64,000 nucleotides of DNA. Origin: Eledone cirrhosa (taxonomy: Eukaryota). A model generated the notes under the pieces. It searched no databases. It had not been told where the DNA came from and saw only the letters and a list, made by a program, of their open reading frames with translations. Location: NCBI GenBank assembly GCA_964016885.1, contig OZ024741.1:237088001-237152000 (forward strand), read 5' to 3'. This document shows positions 11,491 through 25,812 of this stretch, piece by piece; the stretch's first letter is position 1, and each line of letters opens with the position of its first letter. The position numbers and the translations under genes were made by a program.

Positions 11491-14451
11491 AATTCACCTG
11501 AACTGTCTGTACTGAAATCAGGAATCCTGATACTAATTATGATTGCTCCTGCAAATGGAAGATGTTAAGTTATCAATATATCAGATCTGAGAATCTGGGT
11601 TTAACCACTCACCTATACACTCCAATGTAATCAATTGCTGTTTCAATTAATTTATTGGGTTGTAACATAAATTCTCATAGTTTTTTTATTAAGAAATTTT
11701 ATAACAATGGCAGGAATTTATGTTACAATCCAATATGTCTCTAATGTCCTGGGGTGGTTCTTTGTTGCCAAAGGGAAATTATTGTTGTTGTCCATAGAAA
11801 AAATGGGAAATTTCTCACAATGCCTCGATTTTGCAGAAACATACGCTTCCCATCATATAGTCAGTTAAATTGATTTCCAAGTACTTATTTTTATGACCTG
11901 TACACACCTCCGTGAAATGAAAAAGAAAGTTGAACTCAGATTATAAAGGGACATAACTAAGTGTGAAAAACAACTTGGTCAAGCACCTTGCTCTTTCTGC
12001 CACTACACCACTACTTATATATATAATAATTGAAAATTTGTTTAAAATGAATAATATAATACAATTAATGACTTGATTTCACTTGAAGACAAGAATAATT
12101 TGATAAATTGGTGTTTGGGGGATTCGTGCAGTTTTATGAGAATCCATTTTTCAATCATGCAAAACAAAGAGATGAAGTAAATTATAATTAACTTTTGGGC
12201 ATTATCAGCTTGTGAAGTGTAGTAGGCTGGTATACACAGCTATCTTTGTCTGGAGAGCATATATGCTTTAAGAGGTAAGGAGTTCAATTCTTCATAGCAG
12301 CGGCTAGCCACCTTTTTTCATCAAAGCAAATATTTTACCTAATTTTCTAAGCTATTGTTTATAGCAATCAACTTTGACTACATTTATTGTCTGCATTTGG
12401 GATTCCTACATCTTTAAGAATTTCAAATCTAACCAAAGGCTTTGATACTTCATATTTACTATATATATATATTTACTTTTTTACCTGTTCCAGCCATGTT
12501 GGGGCACTGTCCTTGCTCTCTCTCTCTCTATATATATATATGTATTTTTAGAAGCATTGAGTGAATTATGACTTTTTAACGTAAACTTAAAATTAACTGC
12601 TTCAATGGAGGTTTTTGACCATGAAAAATAGTAAAACAAGTTGGTAATATAAGCCCTAGAGATAGAAAAAAGTAGACAGCATCATCTCGCTCAATGATCA
12701 GGACTTTTGTGCCTGGGGGTATTCTTCATATAATATGTATACATGGGTGTCAATCTGGAAAGCTTTGATACACAGATGGAAGTATGGTCAGCTGTGGTCT
12801 ATGTCTATAGAAGGTTGATATACTTACTATAAATGAGAGGGTGTCTAGTTATCCTGGGTGGTGGACTGGCTAAATTGTTACAGAAGTGAACGAGGTGACT
12901 TGTGGTATTTGTTCTGGCTCTTTGAGGTATGCGTTCTTGGTGGTAGACTTAATCTGTAGCTTGGTCTGACACCACCACATGCCTTTAGTGAAGCACATTC
13001 TGTTGTCAGCTCTCTGGTTTAAAAATACCTTCCACCCTCTAATCAGTTTTAGAGGTCCTGAAAAGGGTCATAAGCTGTGCCCTTCTCTTTTTGATTGAAC
13101 AGTAAAGGAAAAAATACAATAGTTAAGTTCATAGAAGGCTGTTAACGAATGAGGTCTATATAGGAATGTATTTAAAACTGAAAATCCACAATACTTATTC
13201 AAGTGGAAATATTTCTCATCTCATTTGATCTTCATTGAAAGTTATCATTTAACTTGAAATCAGTGACATTTTGTCTGTGAATTAATGCATACCTAAGATA
13301 TGTATATATGTATGTGTATATATATATATAAATCTTTCATTTGCATGAGAAACAACTGGAAAGGGGGCTACATACATCCTATATGTACACTGCTTCATTT
13401 ATATGGTTTGGATTTTTAAAATGACCGCCTCTTTCTTAAATACTGGGAGTTGCTACTGGTTGAGACAGTCAGAGAGGTTACTCTGTCCAAAATATCAGAA
13501 CCCACTTTTTCCTTACAATACACAAACTTATGTGATTTTACTAATTTATTATGTTTTTAATCATTACAGATTGTTAGTGGGTTCCTCAAATTCTAGTTGT
13601 TTATTTTTACCTGGGTGACATTTTTATTTAAACACTCCCTCCTCACCTATAGGTTAAGATTTATTGCCACTGCATCCAAAACATATGAACCAACAATCAG
13701 ACTGATACATATATACTCAAAGGTTGTTTTTAACAATGTCACAAATGTGGATAACAGTATGGTTATTATATATATTAGAATCCCATTTAAATTCTCATTT
13801 CTGGGCCCCTGAAATAATTCAGTTTCAAGAGATGTTCACGTTAAGATTATAAAAATTACCTCTCCCCGTTCCCCATTAAACATTAGTTTCAAAGAAGAAA
13901 CTTGGGTGTGAAAACTATATGACCTACTGTAAGTTTTCTGTCCTCTCTTTAGTATTTTCATAGTCCTTACATATTTACTGATATCTGTAATTACTGCTGG
14001 CATACAAATATGTGTTATATATATATCCAACAATCCATCCATGGATTCTTAACTCCTGATGAAGTTGTAGGACCATTGTCATGACATACAGCATGTCTTG
14101 GGCATTTTAAAGCTGCCAGAGCTCACCAATCTCCCAGTTTGAACATTGAACATAGCTCATTCTTTCCAGAGAACAAAAGAGAGATAGAGGAAGAAACAAC
14201 CCCAGTAGTAGACTGGTACTTTATTTATAAAACCTTAACACTACATCAGGAGTTACAGGTCCATTAAAAAAATATGTTACTGATGTCTTTCAAAGATATC
14301 AATATCTCTGCAACCCTACTCCCACTTATTTACTATAGGCACATGGTCTAATTAACTACTCATTGACACACTACACACATTACTAGTCATGTTCCCTAAT
14401 TGATTCCATTTATCACTCTTGCATGATATTAATAAACTTTCACTGTGTGTC

Positions 14452-14507
<56 letters not shown>

Positions 14508-14561
14508 CGTTTCTGAATTTGTTTAGCAAGATTCTTTATCTGAAAACGTGTGTTGAAACCG

Positions 14562-15830
<1,269 letters not shown>

Positions 15831-16120
15831 TGGTGGTGGTGGCTGCCAACTCGTTTTCGAGTACGGCCACTACTTTATATCCATGTAGGAGAACCCCTAC
15901 CGATGCGCTGAACGAGTGGGACTTTTTAGTCCAGCCAGCGACTTGAAAACTCTGGTACAAACACTACACTTGTGACAATTATTGACACATAGTGCTGGGC
16001 CCATGGTACCATGTGAGGACAAGTGTAGAGAGATCTCCAGATATAAAGCAATGCCTGTGCCGTGAAGCTTTTATAGTGAGCAAAGGCACTGCACAAGGCC
16101 AGTCCCACTCTCTTAACCAA
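15831..16120 (-). mobile_element. Bipartite non-autonomous RTE element (5'-UTR piece fused to a zinc-finger-coding 3' end)
   Basis: 16048-16112 matches the LINE 5' region 19932-20000 (GCAATGCCTGTGC...CCCACTCTC); 15831-16005 resembles the LINE 3' end (SLAGLKS finger, CTCG-N4-CGAG hairpin); (CCA)n tail. Confidence 0.8.
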
Positions 16121-16162
16121 GATATATATATATATACACATATATATATATACATACATACA

Positions 16163-19100
16163 TATGATGGCTGTTCCCTCGTTATCGAGTATGGCCATTG
16201 CACGTGAAAAAAATATATATATATACATATATATTAATAACAATAATAATAATAACAACAACAATAAAAACGACAACAACAACAACAATAATAATATACA
16301 TATATATAGATATATATATACACACACACGCACACACATAAACATATCTATACACACACACGATAGCAACTAACAGCACTGCGATCGAATGTGACTTTTT
16401 AGCCCAGCCAATGATCTAAAATGTCTTGCACAGAGTCGGCAACCAAAACATTCACTGGGAATAGCCGGCTGTGGTTGGAGTTTGTGTACTTTTGTATGTC
16501 GCTTGAGCCCTCCTGCTGATTTACATTCTCTACCACATGCTTGGCAAGCATGATGAGTAGCATCTCCAAGAGCAGCCTGGTAGTCAACCACTGGTCTTAC
16601 TTTATGACTGCTAAGATGACTTTCGAGTCCAGCTTTGCTTAGGCAGAGTCTCACACAGACGCTGCATGTCAGCACCATAGGAGGACCCTCGCCGTCTGGA
16701 AGTGCAACAGCAATGCCCTTCCTCACATACCGCTTTACTTTCTCATATGCGATTCAAGATGCCTCAAAGGCAACTTTTCCCTCATATACAGTCTTTCTCT
16801 ATTTATTACGATCAGCAGCAATATTTTCCCATGTATCAGCAGAGATGTTAGCGTCTTTCAAAGAGGCTTTCAAGGAATCCTTATACCTCTTTTTTGGTTT
16901 ATGTGGCGGTCGTTTTCATTTAACTAACTCTCCATAAAAGAGTTGTTTTGGTATTCTAGAATCCTTCATCATGGCAAGGTGACCACTCCAACGGAGTCGT
17001 TGCTTAAGCACAAGAGCTTCTATACTGTCACACATAGAGCTTTCCAAAATCTTGACATCACTGATGTGGTCCCTCCAGTGAAAGCCATGGATCCGTCTGA
17101 GACACATCTGATGGAAACGCTCCAATTGCTTAAGGTGGTGTCGATATGTGACCCAGGTCTCGCAGGCATAAAGAAGAGAAGAGAGCACACATGCCTTGTA
17201 CACCTTTACCTTTGTCTTCTTGCATATGTCTCGCCGACCCCAGAGTCGCCTTTCTAGCTTTCCGAAAGCATCACTTGCTTTCCTAATCCTAAGTAAGATT
17301 TCACTATCAAGGTTGCTGTATCGATTGACAGTACTTCCCAGGTAGACAAACACATAGATATTTGGTTCACTGTACTGCTTACCAGGGGCAGGTTGGTACA
17401 TGACGACGGTTTTCTTGAGACTGACAGTCAATCCTAGGACTGTGCAAGCATCAGAAAATGCATTCAAAATGTGCTGCATATCACTCTCTGTGTGCGCTAC
17501 AAGATCGCAATCATCTGCATACAAGAGGTCTTTTATGATTGATGTAAATACTTTTGTCTTTGCAGCAAAGCGCCTGATGTTAAATATGCTGCCTGAGGTT
17601 CGATATCGGATGTAAACACCATGCTCGTAATTCCTGAATGCAATACAGAAAACCATTGCAAAGTATATGGCAAACAGGGTCGGTGCTGGAATATCCCCCT
17701 GTTTCACTCCATTTTTTACTGAGATAGGCTCCGACGTTAACCCAAGCCTTCATGTCGTCATGGAAAGACCTAACTAAAGCAAGGAACTTATCAGGGCAAC
17801 CAAGTTTCTAGAGAACCTTCCATAATGCATTTCTGTTAACAGTATCGAAAGCTTTTGTCAGATCGGCAAAAACCTGATACAGATCCAAACCCTGTTCCAT
17901 GCACTTCTCCTGGAGCTGTCTAGCTGAGAAGATCATATCAGTAGTGCCGCGTCCAGCACGAAAACCAGATTGACTTTCAGGAAGAACACAATCTGCAATG
18001 TGTGTCAGCAGACGGTCCAGAAGCACCCTACATAAAACTTTCCCTACGACAGAAAGTAATGATATACCTCTGTAGTTCCCACAATCATTCCTGTTACCCT
18101 TTCCCTTGTACAAGACCACCATTACTGCATCTCTCCAGTCGTCAGGTACGAATTCATTAGCCCATATCCTGCCAAACAAAGAGTGAAGATGTTGCAGGAG
18201 TCTCTCACCACCATATTGTAGGAGCTCAGCATGTATGCCATCCATACCTGGAGACCTTCCACTGTTCACCTTCAAGATAGCCATTGCAACTTCCACAAGT
18301 GTCGGGGGTTCTGCGAGAGCTACTTTCACAGGACTTTCTGGAATGAGATTGAGGAAATCTTCATTGACGAAAGACGGCTGATTCAAAAGATCATCAAAGT
18401 GCTCTCGCCACCTTCGTAGAATTCCTTGTGAGTCACGAAGAAATTCTTTGCCATCCTTGGTCCATAAACTTCACGCAAGAGACTGTACAACAGCTTTGTG
18501 TTATTGGAATCTGACGCAGTTTGTATCTCATCAGCCTTCTCACTCCACCACTGATCCTTCATCTGAGAAAGACTCCGCCTAACACGTGATTTTACATCCT
18601 TGAGTTCCTCATGTAACGTATTCCTCTCCTGTGGTTTTGCCGTCAAGTAGCGTGATAAAGCACGCCTCTTATCAGCCAACAAGTCTTCTATATGTACATC
18701 ATTCTCATTAAACCAGTCCTGATGTTTTCTCTGCGCCAATCCCAGAACACGCATGCCCACATCATAAACCGATTTTTTAAGGGTCAGCCAATCCACACCA
18801 AGATTTGCAACCTGCGTCTCTTCTTGCAATGTCCTCTTCACATTTTTATCCTTAAGACCAGCAGCATTCAATCTTTTGGGCGGGGCAACACCAGGAGCCC
18901 AGATTTTACGTTTAGTGATCAGTTTCACTTTTGCGCGTACCAGGCGGTGGTCCGTCCAGCACTCAGCTCCACAAAGAGCACGAACGCACTGCACATCCTG
19001 TCTGTCACGCATCCTGACTAGGACGTAGTCCAAAAGATGCCATTCCTTAGATGCAGGATGCATCCATGTGGTCTTGAATTTGTTCTTTTGTTAGAACATG

Positions 19101-20202
19101 GTGTTGGTAACACACAGATCCAGCTCCTCACACATCTGCAGCAGGAGCATACCATTGTTGTTACACTTTCCCACCCTATGCCTTCCGATTACATTCCATG
19201 TGTTAAAATCCCTACTCACTCTAGCATTAAAGTCACCAAGCACGATGACTTTGTCTGCCTGAGGGATATTTCTTAAAACACCTTTCAAGGCATGGTAAAG
19301 GGACACTTTTTCTTCATCGACAGAATTCATAGTTGGAGCATACACACTCACCAGGGTCGCATATCTTCCTTTGTCCAGCGGAATTCTCATGGACATAAGA
19401 CGCTCACTAATGCCTACTGGGAATTCTTCTAATTTATTCACAAGAACAGTCTTAACAGCAAATGCTACCCCAGCCTCTCTTCTGGTTCCTTCATCTCTTC
19501 CTTTCCAGAAGAATGTATATTCTCCACAAAATTCTGTAAGATGACCATCTCCAGCTAACCTCATCTCAGATAAAGCCACGATGTCAATATCGTAATGTCG
19601 AAGCTCCTTTGCAACAAGAATGGTCCTTCGTTCAGGACGCTCCAAGGAATCACTGTTAAGCAGCATCCGTACGTTCCAGCAGCCAAGACTAAATGCCTTG
19701 TTTGGCTCTATTACAATGGCACGATCACGAGCGGGCCCAGGCTGTGATAATCTGGGGCCCCTGCCCTTATTGCCAATTATCTTTTTTGTTCCAGAACCTA
19801 AATTGCCAATTATCTCTTTTATATTGATCTGGAACATCATTGAATTGGGAAAAAAAAAAAAAAAAAGTAATAATAATAGTAACAATAATAATAATAATGC
19901 ACTATTAATAATTATTAATTAATGCAATCGTGCAATGCCTGTGCGTGACGAATATTTTTTAAAGTGAGGAAAGATTGTGCACTGAGCCACTCCCACTCTC
20001 TGAGCAACAGCTATAACCCGAAAAGAAGAAAAGATCAAGATCATCGGTAACTACTGAGCCGCAGGTTTTATGTCGGAGTTAACCCAGTTTCCTGAGATGC
20101 CTTCTCCTAGAAGAATGCTCTGACAAGGGCTAGGGGTTCTTCACTCCCAGTGGTTTAACTGCGCGATCGGGCATCCAGCCGATTATTTCTATGTCCCCGT
20201 GC
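16163..20202 (-). mobile_element. Near full-length BovB-type RTE LINE, inactivated (APE endonuclease + RT + 3 C-terminal C2H2-like fingers)
   Basis: APE motifs WNVR, IDIVALSE, YAPT, LGDFNARV, WTDH; RT motifs DLTKAFDTV, GVKQG, LLYADD; several stops and frameshifts. 5' region TAGGAGAAGG motif at ~20100; 3' terminal hairpin at 16165-16200, separated from the ORF end by a microsatellite. Confidence 0.93.
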
Positions 20203-20244
20203 AAAAAAAAAACAAAAAAACACTTATTGACACTTATACGTACG

Positions 20245-20409
20245 GCATACACACATGCGCACACACACCAACACTCATACATACCAACAAACACACACAT
20301 GCTACTCACTTACACACACACATACATATATATATATATTACCGTCATTACATACATATACATACATACATATACATATATATACATACATACATATATA
20401 TATATATAC

Positions 20410-20462
<53 letters not shown>

Positions 20463-20513
20463 CATACATATACATATATATACATACATACATATATATA
20501 TATATACATATAC

Positions 20514-20545
<32 letters not shown>

Positions 20546-20623
20546 TTATACATACATATACATATATATATATACATACATATATATATATTACCGTCAT
20601 TACATACATACATATACATATAT

Positions 20624-20654
<31 letters not shown>

Positions 20655-20667
20655 CATATACATACAT

Positions 20668-20701
<34 letters not shown>

Positions 20702-20828
20702 ATATATATATATACATACATATACATATATATATACATACATATATATACACATATATATATATACATATATATATATACATATATAAACATATATACA
20801 TACATATATATATTATATATATATATAA
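20245..20828. repeat. (TA)n/(TACA)n microsatellite with an internal higher-order duplication
   Basis: TTACCGTCATTACATAC occurs twice (~20339 and ~20591). Confidence 0.9.
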
Positions 20829-21001
20829 TCGTTGTCTGAATTGTAATCATGAAAGAATGAGCCCTCAATATGTAGACATAGAGGTAACGTTTGTTTTGTT
20901 TTTCATAAAAGCTGAAGATAGTGCATGCAAGATTCAAATAACATGAAACTAAATACCTACAAAGATATATATTAGTTGCCATGCATTTTAAGTAATACAT
21001 A

Positions 21002-21340
21002 TAGGTGGTGAATGGGCAGAGTCATTAGAACATCGGATAGAATGCTTTGCGATATTCATTTCAGGTTTCTTCTCTCTGAGTTCAAATCCCTCTGAGGTCA
21101 ACTTTGCCTTTAATCCATTCAAGGTCGATAAAAAAAAGTACCAGTCTAGTACTAAGGTCGATTCTTCCTCTATATCTCTTTATCACTTCCAGTCTCTCAC
21201 TTTCTATCCTTCTCTGGCAGAAATCTGCTGTACTCAGACCTGGAGAGGAGATGGGCTTTATCAGGTTTTAAAATGACCTAGAAATACTGTATGTCACTGC
21301 GGCGCCCCAATGACTCCCTTGGGAGTTAAGGGACCATACG
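21002..21340 (+). mobile_element. tRNA-head SINE, long-tail variant
   Basis: GGTGGTGAATGGGCAGAG head, GAGTTCAAATCC, CTTTGCCTTTAATCC...GGTCGATAAAA..GTACCAG core, tail ending GGAGTTAAGGGACCATAC. Confidence 0.8.
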
Positions 21341-22579
21341 TACATATATATAAAGGTGATGCTGTTGCATGGCAGCAGCCCAGTGACTGTAACCAGTAAA
21401 AGAACATATACATCTTTCTCTCTCTATATATATATGTACATGTGTGTATATATATATATGTATACACACACACACACATTCACTCATAGACATAAATCGT
21501 AGTTCATGTGTGTGCAATACCCAAACATAGTTTTACAGCAGAAAATTTGAAGAAATTATATATACAAACTGCTCCCCCTCCCTCAGGGGTGCTTTACCTC
21601 CCCCCCTTCCCCCCAAATTGTGTCCTAAAATAATTCAACAGTTTTCAAGTTTATAAACACTCCATACTCTCACACAATGAAACTGTTTGGACAAACTTTA
21701 AAATAAAAAAGTATCTTTAACTTTTGATTTGTATGGCGGTGTCATGACACATCTCAAACACATTATTTACAGATGGAAGTATACTAAATAAAGAGAGAAC
21801 AAACACATCTGTTTTCTTCTGTCTTCATTTATTTATGTTTATGGTTTTGTAGGAATTGCAGCCATCATCATTGTTGTAATTTTGCTTTTTTGTAGCGTGT
21901 AATTATTGTGAAGAGAGAAAGGATGTGTTTGGCCTGATCAATAAGGTACATTATATGGACTGGTCAGTGAGGTTGGTGGTCATATCTTGTCAATAGCACT
22001 GTGTCAGATTCATGACCAAGACACTTAGCTCTCAAGAACCTAGTTCATCTAGCCATAAGCAGGTAAAAAAAGACAATGAGGCATAGCTCACAGCACTGTT
22101 TCCATGACCAACTTTCAACAGTCCAGTCTACCTAACTGTAAGAAGGTACCATAGTGTGGTATAGTTCACTGTACTGTGTCCATAACCAAGTACAGTGTGG
22201 TTATGAGCATGAATCTTGATTTTAGAAGATCATGTACAGAAGAGAACTGATGTAAGTATAATCCACTGTATGTATTATGTTGACCTCCAATGAAAGGTAG
22301 AAAACATAAAGGAGATACAATTGCATTGATATGGGCATGAATTAACAGATCCTGGTGGCATGGGATGAAACAAGGAAATCAGATCTCAGGATATTAGGAT
22401 TGACAAGGTTGCATCTTGGGATTCTGAGATTTTCAGAAGAGTTTATCATTACTGATAATTATATATATATAAAGATTATAAAAGGTATCAAAGAATCAAT
22501 ACGTTTTTAAACTAACACGTTTCAGACAATAATAACAACAGTTATTATTATTATATCTATATCTATCTATATATATATA

Positions 22580-22936
22580 CTAGCTGACGTACCCAGCTTC
22601 GCCAGGGTAAACAGATGATAAGAGAAGACAGGTAAAAGAGAAAATGACTGTATTGGATGTTTGTCTTGTTACAGTATGAGGCAAGTCCGTGGTGTCTGTG
22701 TGATACAAAAAACAGTAAAAAAAATCTTCCAGATATACCAGAATCTTCGTTGTACTGTTTGTGCATCGTATATGAACAATTCTAGGTGCTCCCACCTAGA
22801 ATAGTGACCTCTAGGAGATGTTTCATCTTCTGCCTGACTGTAAAACGTGTATCATTGCATAGACGTGGTTGTTCCACGTTTCTCAAAAGGTTGATGGAAA
22901 TTCCAATCTTTTATATTATATGTATATAGATATAGA
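22580..22936 (-). mobile_element. Non-autonomous Helitron-like element (may extend to a second 5' TC end at 23399)
   Basis: CTAG|T end at 22580-22583 with hairpin TACCC-AGCTTCGCCA-GGGTA (22590-22609); minus-strand A|TCTATA 5' ends at 22936 and 23399. Confidence 0.65.
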
Positions 22937-24189
22937 TAATTAATATAAAAGATGTCCATCAATGTAAAAAAAGGTCCCTATTTACTCCCTTCACAACTCT
23001 GTGTATGTTAGACTGGCACACAGACAGATAAACTGCGTGGCGATTGTGGGATGCTGCACGTACACACACTCACACACATGTTGATAGTTTTTACTTTCTG
23101 TGGAACGCTGCACGCACGCACACACACAAACATACGCGCACGTACATACACACGAACACATTAATAGTTATTGCTTTCCTTCCCATCTTATTTCCACACA
23201 CACGTCTCTACACTGACACACATACATAGTGTATCCAAACACAGCGTTCACTTTGCCTCTCACTCCCTCATTGGCATTATGCATATTAATTTAAGTTTGG
23301 CGTCGTTGAGGTGGGCGGAGTCGTTTGAAACCTATCAACCAATGATAATCAAGAATTATGACACACGGAATAATGACATTGTTGAAATTAATATATAGAT
23401 ATGCAGAAAGAGAGAGATTTTACTAGTTTTAAACTAATAAGACCATTATTCAGCAGAGTATTTGATTCTTGGGATAGTCAAGTGTAGCTCTACTAGAGAA
23501 AATTGGGGCCTGACAGCTGAGCTGTTGCCATTTCAACAACAAATTCCAGACTGGGGATAAAGCTACCTACTGTAAATGAGCCATCTCATCAGGGGCGTGG
23601 CCTAAGGTGATTGATGTGTTTGTAAATTAATAAGCATTCAAGAAAAGGATATTGGCTCTTTAAAGGCTATTGATGAAAGTTCTAGAATCAATTGTTTGTG
23701 TATTTTATATTTTCAGGAAGTGGTTGTGTGTGTGTATGTGCAAGTACACAAGGAGTGTTTGTGTGTTTCACTGTCTATGTAGATATGGGTTTGAAACACT
23801 GTAGTGGTGAGGAAAATCTGGCTGAGTTGAAGAATTGTCAAGGGAAAACTATGTTTTTTGCTGTGTCATCTCTATTTATTGGTGTGTGTGTGTGCATGCA
23901 TGGTGGCCACACACCCATGTATATATTTTATACACCTGTCAACAAAACTACCTATTTTTTAGTTTTCTCAAATGATCACTGACCAGCTTAGCGGTATTGA
24001 TTGTTGTTGTTGTTTTGAGTGTGTGTTTGTTACCATTAGGTTTGTTGTGGGGTGAGGGGTAAATGTTGTGTTAAAACTTATTTGTGGGGTGTATATGTAT
24101 ATTTGTATATATTTTAGAAAAGGTCTACGGCTAGGAATGACATGCGCAGCCAGGTTAGAAGTGGTGTCATGACTAGCGGGTGTAAAATC

Positions 24190-24530
24190 AGTCAGCTGGA
24201 ATTTGTAGATGACATGGTATTAACTCGACAGGTGTTCTCTGACTTGCACTCAACAGGTTTGATGCTGAGTGTTGCATGGCTGGAATGAAAATCAATACTG
24301 CGAAAACTGAGACAATCGTCCTCTCAAGGAAGCCTATGCAGTGCACTCTACATGTAAATGGAATTCCACTGAAGCAGATGGAGAAGTTCAAGTATCTCAG
24401 GGCCATGTTTACGAGTGGTGGAAGGCAGGAGGCTGAATTAATTGCAAGAATTGCAGGAGCTGATGCAGTAATGTGCCAGCTTCAGCATTCAGTAATCAGA
24501 AGGGAGGTGGGTGTAAAAGCTAAACTAGGG
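24190..24530 (+). mobile_element. RTE LINE RT/thumb fragment (third family)
   Basis: Degenerate FVDD, then MKINTAKTE...KQMEKFKYL...ARIAGA; homologous to 47850-48565. Confidence 0.8.
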
Positions 24531-24914
24531 CTACTTACCTCTGGGCTGCACAACAAAAATTAGCCCTTAATTAACATGAGTTATAAAAGAAAAGTACAGT
24601 TGCAGAATTAGATTTTTTTTATTGAAAATCCAGAAGTTCGGCAGTTTTAAGAATTATCTACATTCTTTTGCTAAGTTTTCCACTTCAATGAAAATGATAG
24701 GTAAAGACTTCCCTTAAGTATATCTGCCACTAGAATTACCATCACAGGTCACTTAAAAGCTGATCTTTAGTTCCTGTTTCATAATATTCAGCAGATGTGG
24801 AATTAATCATCTCATGAATAAGATATCAATCTATTACAATGTAATCAATGTATAATTTCTGAAACTTAATGGAAGTTGACATCAGACATGATATAGATAA
24901 AATTATTATTATAT

Positions 24915-25610
24915 AAAGTGATCAATTGGTAGAATGCTTAGAGCAGCAAACAAATGACTTGTGATATTAGTTCTGAGTTCTAATCTTGCTCAAGTCAACT
25001 TTACTTGCCATCCTTCTGAGGTTGATAAATAAAATACCAGTTTCTCTCTCACAGTCAGCTACACTTCACAAATCATTGTGCAATTATGGGGCTCCAACAT
25101 CAGGTGAAGTGATAAATTGGTCGAAATACATTACCATTACCATTACCATCACAACAATTAAACAAAGGAATCCTACAGTGAAGGAAGATAAATACTAGGA
25201 AAGGGCAGTGAACAGCAGAATCGGTGGATCAACAGATAAACTACCTTAATTATTTAGTTACTTGGCCTTTCATTCTGCAAGAGTTGATAAAATAAAGTAC
25301 CAATCAAATACTGCAGATTGTACCCCAACTCCATTCTGAGTTCAAAACCCACCAAGGTTAGCTTTGCCTTTCATCTTTATGGGGGCCAATAAAATAAAAT
25401 GCCAGCAAAGTACTAGGATCAATGAAAATTGACTTTTCTCTCCTCACAAATTGTTGGCCTTGTGTCTAAATTAGAAAACATTATTAGAGTAATGAATGGA
25501 AAAATAGATAGAGCAAGTCTCTGCATTCTCAGCTTAAATACTGTTGGGGTCTATTTTGCCTTTTCTCCTTCATAGTGGATAAAATAAGTACTAGTTAATA
25601 TTGGGCGAAT
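24915..25610 (+). mobile_element. Cluster of 3-4 degenerate co-oriented tRNA-head SINEs
   Basis: Repeated CTTTCAT...GTTGATAAAATAAAGTACC core and GAGTTCAAA B box. Confidence 0.7.
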
Positions 25611-25812
25611 TTATTCCACTTCCTAAAATAGGTCAAATTAATCAGTTTTCTATTGCCCCAATGAAAGCAATTGTAAAGTAAGATTCATGTAAATTACAAT
25701 TTGAGGATATTTGCACAAAAAAAAAAGAAAAATGCAGTTAATCAGGATTTTTATTCATCATATTTATACATACATTGTCTTTCTCACACACACATAATTC
25801 TGTCAGTGAGGT

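Noticed and set aside
14050-14125. CTGATGAAG ... AAAGCTGCCAGAGCT as a third hammerhead; also the GAAACGTGTTA stub on the minus strand at ~22512-22526
   Set aside because: The first lacks GAAA and a convincing stem II; the second lacks the CUGANGA half.
16370-16670. LINE-borne fingers as direct progenitors of the host ZNF genes here
   Set aside because: Different helix signature (SxAGL) and no TGEKP linkers; no visible nucleotide similarity to the four host genes.
20040-20202. HDV-like ribozyme expected at some RTE 5' ends
   Set aside because: I could not assemble the nested double pseudoknot by eye and the 5' end may be truncated; a descriptor search (e.g. RNArobo) is needed.
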